Assembly: GCA_951406725.2 (NCBI GenBank)
Contig: OX597833.1
Coordinates: 9,176,001 to 9,240,000 of the forward strand
Reading direction: 5' to 3'
From: Octopus vulgaris
Taxonomy: Eukaryota
DNA: 64,000 nucleotides
Shown here: piece after piece, positions 50,485 to 62,187 of the stretch
Numbering within the stretch: the stretch's first letter is position 1
Layout of the letters: every line of letters begins with the position of its first letter
Notes under the pieces: generated by a model
The model's database searches: none
What the model was told of the DNA's origin: nothing
What the model saw: only the letters and a program-made list of their open reading frames with translations
Translations under genes and position numbers: made by a program

Positions 50485-51236
50485 TAAAAATGCCAACAAC
50501 AAAATGAAACCATTGATCATGTTGTCTCCATGTGCAGTCTTCTTGTGCCTACAGAGTATCTCAACAGGCATGATAGAGCTGCACAATATATTTACTGGAT
50601 AGTTTGCAAAAGCCTGGACCTGCCCCATGATAAAAACTTGTGGGGATAGAAACCACCTCCAGTGCTTGAAAATGATCACATCTCACTCCTCTGGAACTTC
50701 ACCATTCAAACTGACAGAAAAATAGATGCAAATAGGCCAGACATTATACTGAAAGACTTCAGACAAAAATCATGCCTCCTCATTGATATGACTGTCCCAA
50801 TCGACATAAATGTATCTGTCAAGACCTACCAAAAACTGAGAAGTATAAAGATCTTGAAATAGAAATTGGCAAAATGTGGAACCTCAAGTCTAAAACAATA
50901 CCTGTTGTCATAGGTGCCCTAGGAATGATAGCAAAAGGGGCTGATTGTTACCTAGCTCAGATGCCAGGAAACCCCAAAATGGCAGAAATTCAAAAGATAG
51001 TGCTCACAGAAACCGCCCATATTCTATGTAAAATACTGTCTATGTAATCTCAAATTTTAAAATAAACTCATAATTTTCTTACGTTTTCTTAAAACATTCT
51101 GTAGAACAATACTATGTGCAAAACCAAATATATGACACCTTGGGTGTAACACCAACATGAACTTCTAACTTGTCTCTTGAGGTCTCTGAGTGAGACTTGG
51201 AGCCAAATTGTACAAATACAAAGCAAAAGTCAAACA
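50485..51236 (+). mobile_element. Dong/R4 3' region (another subfamily) with 3'UTR
   Basis: ETIDHVVS.C, LLWNFTIQTDRKIDANRPDIILKD..LLIDMTVP, VVIGALG; followed by (TAG)n. Confidence 0.85.
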
Positions 51237-52783
51237 TGTAGTGGTAGTAGTAGTAGTAGTAGTAGTAGTAGTAATAATAGATACACATTACTCCTGGTTA
51301 ATAAGAACAATGGAAATATATAGAGTAGTAGAGAATAAGAGAAGCCTTATATGGAATAGCATGAAATGCTGGAGAACAGAATTGACAGCAGGGAAGCAAG
51401 TATTAGAAGAGGTGAAAATCAAAAGAGGACTCTTCCAGTGGGACATGTCCCCCCACTGATATTTGTACTAGGAATGATCCCCTTGAGTGAAATACTACAA
51501 AAAACAAAGTTGGGATATAATCTGGGAAGAGGTAAGGAAAAACTAAACCACTTGCTATTCATGGATGACCTGAAGCTATTCACAAAAACTGAGACAGAAC
51601 TAGACAGGCTAGTCCAGTCTGTGCGGATTTTCTCCCATGATATTAAGATGGAATTTGAACTCTCAAAATGTGCTATGATGGCGATGAGATGCAGAAAGCT
51701 TGCCAGGACAGAAGCATGAGGTTGCCAAGTGGTGAAATGATGAAGGCAATTCAACCTCAATCCAGCTATAAATACCTGGGAATACTTGAGGCAGATGGAA
51801 TCAAACACCATGACATGAAGGAAAACAAAAAAGAGAGTACCTGTGGTGAGTGAGAAAAATATTGGCATCAAAGTCGAATGCCAGAAACATAATTTCGGCA
51901 ATAAACTCATGTGCAGTCGCAGTAGTTCGGTATGGCATTAGAATCCTGAAGTGAATAGAGGAGGAGCTAAAGGAGATGGACAGGATGTCAAGAAAGGTCC
52001 TAACGATGCATGGAACCCATCATCCACATGCAGATTTTGACCGCCTATACATGAAGAGAGCAAATGGAGGAAGGGGTCTGATAAGTGTGAAAGACTGCAT
52101 GCATATCAAACTCAAGAGTTTTATGAAATACCTAACCCAAAGTAAGAAAACCTTGCTAGTGACAGGAATGAGGGAGCATTGAGAGCAGAGAAAAAAGGGA
52201 AAGCAAAAGAAGTACAAAAAGGACGTGAAGAAGAATTATGCAAGAAGGGACTACACAATCAATTCCATGTAGCCACAACAGAAGTTTCTGGAAAAATAGG
52301 GGGGATTAGCTTATGAAAGGAACCGTAAAAAAAGAGACCGAGATTACTATACTGGCAGCGCAGGACCAAGCTCTGACCATGAACTGGAGGGTCAACCTGA
52401 GGAATGAGCAAGTGTCTCCACTGTACCGCATCAGCAATAGGGTGGATGAAACCATTGCCCATATCATTAACGAATGCCCTAGACATGCCCAGAACCACTA
52501 CAAGTTGTGGCGACACAACCAAGTAATGAAAGTGTTACATTGAAAAGTGTGAAAAAATTGGGGGCTAGAGAGAGACAAGATGTGGTATGAGCACAGATTG
52601 CAGAGAGTGGCAGATTTGGAGACTAGCAAAATCCTCTGGGATTTCCTAATCCAAACAGATCAGGTGCTAGAGCATAACAGACCAGACCTAATAGTCGTGG
52701 ACAAGGTGTACCACATATGCTATATAGTTGATGTTGTATGCCCCTTTGACCAATGAATAATTAAGAAGGAAGGCAAAAAAATA

Positions 52784-53245
52784 AATAAATAATAATAATA
52801 AACATTGTGTACAGTGCTCAGGTGCACTACAACTCATCTAAAGTGCATATATAATCAGGTGTAGTTTCGACGGATTTCGGAAAGCATGAGGGCCTTAAAG
52901 GATGCAGTGTCATGGCAGTCAACAACTGACGCAGGCAGTTTATTCCATGCTTCAGCAACTCTGAGCGTGAAGAAATGTTTCTGAAAGTCATGGGAGCTGT
53001 GTTGTTTTCTGACCTTGTAGGCATGTCCACGTGTGTTAGACACATGGAGATCAAAAAGGTGTTCAGTGTTGTTATTGGTGAGGTGGTTGACAACTTTGTG
53101 GGCGTTTACCAAGTCCGTCGCCAGATGCCGGAGCTTCAGTGAATCCATGCCCAGGGAAACAAGGCGCTCAAAATATGGTAGGTGTCTGATGGAGGGTATG
53201 CGTTTGGTTGCACGTCTCTGGACAGATTCCAGGAGGTCAATGTTC
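52784..53245 (-). mobile_element. CR1/L2-group LINE 3' end with (TAT)n tail, nested in Dong
   Basis: IDLLESVQRRATKRIP..YFERL..LGMDSLKLR..TRGHAYK..FFTLRVAEAWNKLPASVV..SFK. Confidence 0.85.
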
Positions 53246-53371
53246 TGAGAAGGAGAGTGATTGAGTGGAGCTAAAAAGTGATTAACCCTTATAATAATAA
53301 TAATAATAATTATTATTATTATTATAAAGGGTTAATCACTTTTTAGCTCCACTCAATCACTCTCCTTCTCA
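53246..53371. repeat. Near-perfect 126-bp palindrome
   Basis: 45-bp arms 53246-53290 and 53327-53371 are exact reverse complements; the centre (ATA)n|(TAT)n is also self-complementary. Confidence 0.95.
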
Positions 53372-53547
53372 AATGAAAGTAGTTGTGTCTTACCTGTACA
53401 TCAAGAAACACTAGATAGATACAACCCTCTTAAGTATGAACTAGCGTGGTTATGGAAAATGAAGAAAGTGAAGATAGTGCCAATTATTGTTGGATCTTTG
53501 GGAACAGTATCAGAAGGCATCAAGACGAATATAAAGGAAAATAGAAC

Positions 53548-54155
53548 TGTTACAAAAGGTTTGCCTCCTTGCACACCACATCTGATGCTTCTTAGATCCA
53601 TCTTTTCTCTCAAGGCACTTACACTCTGTCGAGCATGCACACTGACATTACACATCCATCTGAGCATACTGGCTTTGTTCCTTGCAAGCTTACGCATGTC
53701 CTCAGCAGTCACGGCCCATGTTTCACAGCCATGTAGCATGGCTGTTCGTACACATGCATCATACAGTCTACCTTTTACTCTGAGCGAGAGGCCCTTTGTC
53801 AGAGGTAGGAGCTCTCTGAACTTTGCCCAAGCTATTCTTATTCTAGCAGCTACACTTTCAGAGCACCCATCCCTGCTACTGACTTGGTCACCCATGTAAC
53901 GAAAGCTATCAAGTATTTCTAGTTTTTCTCCCTGGAATGTGGCAGAAGTTGTTCTCTGCACATTTTCAGTATTTATTGCTCCTGAGTATCTGCCACATAC
54001 AAAAACTATCTTCCCAGTAAGCATTCCTTTGATATTGCTGCACCTCTTATGTGTCCATAGCTTATACTGGGTATATCTTATAGAGTTTCTACCTACGCCT
54101 TTTCTACAGATCGAGCAGGGCCATCTGCCTGAAGGGATTTGTGGTTTGTCTGCCT
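53548..54155 (-). mobile_element. RTE LINE fragment with PHD-like insert (decayed)
   Basis: ORF 53401-54024: LEILDSFRYMGD..RIRIAWAKFRELLP..KGRLYDACVRTAMLHGCETW; PHD-like segment at 53986-54117. Confidence 0.85.
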
Positions 54156-55160
54156 ATAAATAATGCACAAAATCTAAACCCCAAAATAGCAGCGAAGTCA
54201 TGTTGGTCACACAATGTTAATAAACAACTATGTTTAAATCAGAAATTAATTATCTGATTCACTAATTATTATGTTATTCTTCAATTGAACAACATGAACC
54301 AAATAACAAGGTCAAAATGTAATTACGAGTTATGCTTTCTGATTGTAACCTGATACTCATCTCATTCAGCTGCGGAAACAGGAGACTTATATATACATTT
54401 AATGTAAAAATAAGAAAAAATAAACAAAGAGGAGTAAAAAAAAAAACAGAGTGTATTAAGTTTATGCTCTTGCAAAATAGAAGGAAAAGCCTTTTAGATT
54501 TTGAGCATAAGTTCTTTTACAGAAAGAATAAACACATCTCAATTAGATGATCACTGCATGCTGAAATAACCAGAAGAGGAAGAGATCGTTAGAGGCGTGA
54601 GTGACAAAGGGGCACCTGAGACAGTTGATTTAAAGCATGATTGGCAGGGAGGACAACTGTGAACCCAGCATATATATGTGTGTGAACAATGTATGTGAAT
54701 AATGCCACACACACACACACACACATACACACACCTTATGGTGTATATTTTTATGTCTTTTTATGTTCTATGTTCAAATCCCAGAAGAATCACCTTTGCT
54801 TGCCATGGCTTCAATACAATAAGTACCAGTAATAGACTAGGGTTTACTTCAGTGAACAAGACTCCATCTTATAAACTTGTGGAAGTACTTGAAGTACTTC
54901 CAAAAGGGATATGGCTATTACAAACCCAGACCCCTAACTGGCCCATTATAAAACTAGATATTGGTGGTACTTCTATCTTGGTTATATATATAGGTACAGG
55001 CATGGCTGTATGGTAAAACACTTTCTTCCCAACCACAAGGTTCCAGGTTCAGACCCTTTGCATGGCACCTTGCGCAAGTGTCTTCTACTGTAGTCCCAGG
55101 CCAAATAAAGCCTTGTGAGTGGATTTGTGGATTTGATAGATGGAAATTGAAAGAAGCTTG

Positions 55161-55221
<61 letters not shown>

Positions 55222-55222
<1 letters not shown>

Positions 55223-55408
55223 CGGGAAGGTTTATGAAAATAAACAAAAGACGAAGGCAGGTGGAGTACAAACAAATAATGTATTAGTATGGCGCTCAGG
55301 AATAGAAATAAAACAAGTCTTTTACGTTTCGAGCCTACGCTCTTCGACAGAAAGATACACAGAAAAGAAACAAGGAGAGAAAAATATTGCGTTTAGGGGC
55401 TAACGATC

Positions 55409-55412
<4 letters not shown>
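55222..55412 (-). mobile_element. ~190 bp Penelope-like element in (TA)n carrying a hammerhead motif
   Basis: Similar to 45523-45715; CpGs retained, suggesting a younger copy. Confidence 0.7.
55318..55355 (-). ncRNA. Minimal type-I hammerhead ribozyme variant (CUGUCGA core)
   Basis: Minus strand: TCTTT-CTGTCGA-A-GAGC(GTAG)GCTC-GAAAC-GTA-AAAGA; stem I 5 bp, stem II 4 bp, palindromic ACGT stem III, GUA cleavage triplet. Confidence 0.72.
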
Positions 55413-55458
<46 letters not shown>

Positions 55459-55693
55459 ATTTGTATGTGTGTGTGTGTGTGTGTATGCGTATGTTTGTCC
55501 CCCTACCATTGCTTGCCAACTGATGTTGGTGTGTTTACATCCCTGAAACTTAACGGTTTGGCCAAAGAGACCAATAGAATAAGTAATAGGCTTACAAAGA
55601 ATAAGTGCTGGGATTGATTTGTTCGACTAAAGGAGGTGCTCCAGCATGCCCTCAGTCAAGTGACTGAAACAAGTAAAAGAATAAAAGAATATA

Positions 55694-55747
<54 letters not shown>

Positions 55748-55781
55748 TACATACACATACATACATACATATATATATACA

Positions 55782-56450
55782 CTAGATATACCCACCATGC
55801 TCCTGTTGGGTCACAACCACTTCAAGTTGAAAATGTTGATGTGCAGCAGGAAAGGCAAAAATACTATTTCAAACTTCATGCAATAAAATTCTTAAATGAT
55901 ACAGTTCTCCTGCTTTTGGTATGACAACATAAACATGACCAAGTGTTTCTTCTTTGAAAACGTTCAAATGGCCTCACCTTCTTTTCTGCCATTCTTTGTT
56001 CCTACTGTTCACAAGTGAAATACATGACTACTTCAACATAATGTTTTTGTAAATCATCATTGATGCCCAATGAAAAGAATTCTATCAATGTTGTTCTCAT
56101 ATATCATTATTCATTGACAGTCATATATATCCTCATTATTTCTTAGCAATATTCTTTGTTCATCTGGAAAATGAACTTGCAGTCTTACTATGGCAGGTGG
56201 GCTTCCATGAGTTGAAAATCCTAAAATGGATGCCACTGCTTCGGATGGTCCAATATACTTACTCAGTAGATATTGACTAATTTCATTATCATTGTTTATT
56301 TGAACAGCAGCTTGGTCATTTCTTTTCAGCATGTACTTGATGACTTGATTGACCTCACCAGGGCAAAGATTTCAACATAGCAGTGGCACTTGAATGTTCT
56401 TAAAAGAGTTTCATTACGAAGTACAACCCATTTGTTGTGGTTTGTTTTTC
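55782..56450 (-). mobile_element. Helitron remnant (RepHel fragment plus 3' terminus)
   Basis: KYMLKRNDQA..NEISQYLLSKYIGPSEAVASILGFSTH..PAIVRLQVHFPDEQ (ORF 56111-56332); minus strand ends CCCA..TGGG-TATAT-CTAG|T at 55782. Confidence 0.75.
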
Positions 56451-56508
56451 CATTCTTATGAGATTCAACTCCTCCCATTGCAACTGATCTTTGTCTATAA
56501 AGACATAG

Positions 56509-56545
<37 letters not shown>

Positions 56546-57154
56546 GTTTTTCTGCCTTTTGATTAAGATCATAAAGATTAATATTTTATTTTAAATAAAA
56601 TAGTAATTTTTCCCTTTAAGAAAAAAAAAAAAAGAAATATTAAGTACCAATGATTCAAAAATATCTCATAAAAATATAGGGAGAATTTCTATTTTTCACG
56701 GCCATGGCACTCACAAGGAAAAGAGAAAGTAAGAAAAAGGACGGATGGCAGTAGCTGACACGACTCTTTGAATTGTCGACAATTTCAACTTGACTTTTTT
56801 TTTTAAAGAGGGAAATGACTATTTTATTTGTAATCTTTATCATCTTAATCAAATGCCAGGAAAACAGACTAACTTTGGATTCTTAAGTCAATATACAATA
56901 TTATTATCGGAAAAAATTTTCCCCGATAATAATATCGTATCTGACTTGAGATGTTTGCCTTGTCTTAATGTTTGTTGTCCTCTTTAACAATTCTATATCT
57001 GCTGCATCGGAAATCTGCAATCGCTTCATAACTACCATCTCAGCTATAACCTTGGAGCCCTAGTAATCCGTTACAGCACTTACTTAGCATACCTAATCGT
57101 TTAGATCACCTGTGAACTAACCCTCCATACTTTGTGTGTGTATATATATACACC

Positions 57155-58560
57155 TCCTTAACATAAAGAATACAAACCCTTAGCATCATTTCTATCAGCT
57201 GCTTCTTGTGCCCCTTTTGTTCTATCATTCCACCATTCCTGTTTAATTTTCCTTAGAGTAGTCTGCACTTTCCCTTTCAGATTTCTGTAAGCTTCGTTTG
57301 AGTTGGGGTTCAAGGACTGAGAAAGAAGTGTATTGACTAAGTTTTGTTTTTCTAATAGCAGATTATGAATTTCTGCTGATCTTTCTGAGAATCAGTCGCT
57401 GGATTTATGAGATTTAAATCCCACTGACGAACTTGCAGTCTGAAATACTTTTGTTTTGAAATCTTCCCATAGATTGTTCGGGTCAAGATCGAGACTTTCT
57501 ATAGCATTGTGGAATCTTTGCAAGTTGCTTGATAATTTAAAGTTTGCAGCATTTAACTTTTTGGATACCTTAGGACCAAACTGTTGATTTTTAGGCATTA
57601 TCGAAATATCGATTTTTCCACACACTAGATGATGATCAGTCCAGCTCTCTGCCCCTCTCATGACCCGAACGCTAGAAACGTCTTTCATATCACATTTCTT
57701 GATCAGAATATAATCTATGAGATGCCAATGCTTAGATCTTGGGTGCATCCAGGTGGTTTTATATTTATTTTTCTGCTTAAACAGAGTGTTGGTGACAACC
57801 AGATTATTCTCAGTACAAAACGTTCAAAGAGCTACTCCATTTTTATTGCATCTTCCAATCCCATGTCAACCTAAAACAGGCCATGAAACATAATCCTTTC
57901 CAACTCTTGCATTGAAATCTCCCAATATGACCAGTTTGTCAGAAATTGGTACTTTCCTCAATAATTGTGCTTGATCATCATAAAATTGTCCTACAGTTTC
58001 ATCAGAAAGGTACATTGTTGGTGCATAAATACTGACAACAGTAAGAAACCTACCTTTTTCCAGTTTAATACAGCATGACATGATCCATTCAGATATACCA
58101 ATTGGAAGCTCTGCAATGGAGGATACTAATGTATTCTTGAGAGCAAACCCAACATCAGATTTTCTATGCTGACCCTTAGGTAGGCCTCTCCAAAAGTAGG
58201 TTCATTTACATGACCCTCGCCAGAGAGACGAGTTTCAGAGAGTGCAACTATAACAAGGGAATAATCCTTGAGCTCACATGCAATATGTGCAGTATGCCTT
58301 TCTGGCCTCTTGTTGAAATTATCATCAAGAAGTGTGCACACATTCCAACACCCAAATTTCAAAGGATGTTTATTTTTACTTTTTCTTGAAGATTGTTTGA
58401 CCACAGTAGCAGGATGACAGCTGGATCCAGCCTGTGATACACTGGGATACCAGCCGAGCCAGACCTGTTCCCTTGGTGTTCCCAAGCCATTTTTGCCATT
58501 TACTGAATCTGTTTGAGACAATTTAGAGTAAGTTACAAGTGCATTTTTAGGTTTCTGCCA
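57155..58560 (-). mobile_element. RTE (BovB-like) LINE 5' portion, AP endonuclease pseudogene
   Basis: LKFGCWNVCTL..RPERHTA..VALSETR, VSIYAPT, ILGDFNARVG, MHPRSKHWHLIDYIL..WTDHHLV. Confidence 0.9.
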
Positions 58561-58635
58561 ACCAACCAACTGAATGATTTAACTAAGATTTGGAGTACAG
58601 GAAGTACCTGTGCAGATGAATACATACATACATAT

Positions 58636-58751
<116 letters not shown>

Positions 58752-59229
58752 TAATTCATATTAGAATATAAGGATAATATCATGTTAATGATTTTATCAG
58801 GTAGTCAGCATGCAATAAAAATTTATAGGTAATTTACATATTAAATTATTATACATATATATATATGTATATAAGTATATTAAGGGAGCAAGGGCGAAAA
58901 AAAAAAACGACCTATCTCCAACATACTTGCAAATTATTTTTGCCCTTGTTCCTTTATATATATATAATTATTAATTTATATATATGTTGTGTGTATGTGT
59001 GTGTGTGCGTGTGTGTGAGAGTATACTGTAGTTTATCACATACAATTTATTGAAGAACAGTGCAGAAACAATACAACTTTACACTGGGGAGATGCCATGT
59101 AGCATAAGGGAGTGGATAGGTTAACACTGGCGGGAGCTCAAAGAGGAGGAAAGCTCATCTATGTGCTACCAACATGCTCAATTTGAACATAGAGGCTCAG
59201 TTAATAACATAGATGTTGAGGTATTATGT

Positions 59230-59268
59230 TATAAACGTCATATCTATAGAATAGATATGACGTTTATA
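59230..59268. repeat. Perfect 18-bp hairpin, 3-nt loop
   Basis: TATAAACGTCATATCTAT-AGA-ATAGATATGACGTTTATA. Confidence 0.9.
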
Positions 59269-60989
59269 CAGATTACAAAGGTCACACTCACATAGTAGTA
59301 GGCAGACTGAAACATCAATGGAACAAAAACACATCCGCCCCCACCACTATACTACACAACATGATGATTAAAGACAATGGAGGGGACACACAGATACAAA
59401 CAGTATAATACATAAACCCATATACACACACATACAAATGATACACATGCAAATACTTAAGATGAAGTGGGAAAAAATAGATAAATAAGTAAATAAATGG
59501 AGAAAAAAACTATATAAAGGGCACGGATACAGACGGTATAGTAAGCAAACCTATATACACACAAAACACACATACAGAACATATAGACATGCAAACACAC
59601 AAACATACACACACACACACACACACACACATAGAGATGCAAACAAATCCCTAGATAAGGATATACACCATAGAAAGACAGAATGGACTAAACAGAATAG
59701 GAGAGATGTGGGATGGAGGGCTGCTGAAGAGGTCACAGGAGTGATGAAAGATTTCCAGACAATGGACATAGTTTAAGAACAATAACAAACAAGTAAAGAA
59801 TGAATATGTGCATGTATTTATTTGGCAGAAGAAAAAAAGATGCCCATCTCAAAATATAGCAATATTATAATTATATTAACCCTAAGCAGAAAGGAATTCT
59901 GCATGCAGACTCATATGATGTGTTACTCCAGGATATGATTAACATATGGTAACCAACCAGAGGCATAGGAGCTTTTAAACAGGTTATGAGTTGTTTTTTT
60001 TTTTGCCTAAAATAAACTAAATGCATATATATCCTTCCTAGAATTAAGATTGAATGAATGTGGTGATATCTAAGGTATGTTTGTTCCCAAACAACATTTA
60101 TCTTAGTGTTGTTGACACTGCCGGATTGAATGGTACTGATCAGGTGTTGAAACCATAGTGATATCTGTGGAGCGGCTGTTGATGGAGGTATGTCGGATTG
60201 TTGGTATTGCTTTTATAATGTGCAGAATAGTTTTATAAGACATCCATTTAATGTGTGTGTATATGTATATATATATATGTACACATACATCCAGATTTTC
60301 ACCACTTACTGCATTCCCCTTCACCACTCTCTAATCATGCTTCTTTGAAAATGTCTGGACACTTGTCATCATCTCTCTCTTCCCATTTATATTCTGATCT
60401 CTAGTACTTGTGAGTATGCCCTGACACTTTGCCACCATTCCTATCCTGCTGTTTCCCACCCTCTCTCTCTCTCTCTCTCCTTCTCCTTCTTCTGCTCTTC
60501 CCTCAGACTGGGTAACCATGTATCTCCTTTACAACAGCTCACCTGTTTCTGTCCTCATTCCTGATCTCTCTCTCCGGCTGGGTAACTTTGTACCTCTCTA
60601 TCTGATTATAACCTTTCATCATCCAATGCCCCACCTCCACTCCCAAGGGATCCTTGTCTTGTAAGTTACTTGGTGACCCTGTTAGTGCCAGGGGTCACTT
60701 GAAAAGCATCTTCATTTCACACTGCTTCACTCCATTCAACCATGTGTTGGATTAGCCTTCAGATCAGATCAATGCTGGTCTGCTTGCCTAGCCAGCTGGA
60801 TGGCACCACTCAAAAGCTAGAAAAAAACGATGCAAAGTGCATTGTGACCAGTGTTGTATATCAATATCCAATAGTCTGGTTGATCATGTGCCACACACAC
60901 ACACACACACAGCTCCATACTTTTACGCTTTCATATACACACATACACATACAGATATATAACTGAAATTATTCAAGTAATGTCCCCTA

Positions 60990-61020
60990 TCCAGATAGAT
61001 AGATAGATAGAAAGGGAGAA

Positions 61021-61102
<82 letters not shown>

Positions 61103-61410
61103 TGTGTGTAAGATGAGTGTGTAGGAAAAGCTGAATGTAGTGGGCATGAGAGAAAGTGTGTGAGAAAGAAAGAGAAAGAGATTGAGGCAAAGGAGATAGA
61201 TAGACAGATAGATAGATAGATACTGATAGATAGATAGATCGACTGATAGATAGATAGATAGACAGATAGATAGATAGATAGACTGATAGATAGATAGATA
61301 GATAGAAAGGAAGAAAAGGAAAGAGAGAGAGCGAGCGAGAGTGAGTGAGGGAGAGAGAGTGAGAGAGAGAAAGAGAGGGTGGGAGAGAGAGAAAGAGAGA
61401 GAGAGAGATG
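60990..61410. repeat. Compound (GA)n/(GATA)n microsatellite
   Basis: Direct observation. Confidence 0.95.
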
Positions 61411-62187
61411 TAATGAAATGGTTTCAGTTGTGAAATTGAGTGCTTGTTTGTGTTGTGTGAAAGTTAATAGGAATAACTGGGGAGGATATTCTAACAGTTA
61501 CGGGAGGGATTGATTGAACAGAGAAACCAACAGAATTATAGACTTCATACATGACTTGTGTACACAATTAATAAATGATTTTCTTTTTCATGAATTGATA
61601 TTCGAGACATTGAAGCTGTCCAAATATAATAATTGCAATTTTAAAACTTTTTTTAAACAAATATTGGATAAATGCACACACACATATATGAGAGGAGAGA
61701 GACAGAAAAAGACCACATACTTATACGTGCATGATATATACCTACATATCTCAAATGATTATATATAGGTGTGTGTGTATATGTGTGCATATATGTTCAT
61801 TAAAGGCCATTGCATTCCTATCTTTTTCTTTTACTTGTTTCAGTCATTAGACTGTCTCCATGCTGGGGCACAGTCTTAAACCATTTTAGCCAAACGAACC
61901 AACCCCACAACTTTTTTCTTTTTGTTAAAGCCTGGTACTTACACCATCATCATTGTCATCATCCCAGATGAACAAATATCAAGGCAGGAAATTCAAAAGA
62001 GGGCTACAGTGTCAAACTCCTTCCTTCACCAAAAGACAACCACATAGAATTGGTCAATTAAAAGGTAATTATACTGGTGGTGTCCCAGCATGGCTACAGC
62101 CTTAGGGCTGAAACATACAAAAGAATAAAAGAAAAAGATTATATATTATTTATTACACACACGCAAGCGCACACACACACATATATT

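Larger units (their letters stand above)
51280..53547 (+). mobile_element. Dong/R4 element interrupted at ~52784-53410
   Basis: IKRGLFQ, NHLLFMDDLKLF, YKYLG, RLYMKRANGGRGLISV, ETIAHIINEC, RPDLIVVDK..IVDVVCP; resumes DRYNPLKYELAWLWKMKKVKIVPIIVGSLG at 53410. Confidence 0.88.
54993..55690 (+). mobile_element. SINE family B, full-length, with a Penelope-like element in its central (TA)n
   Basis: Head 54993-55160, insert 55222-55412, 3' half 55490-55690. Confidence 0.85.
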
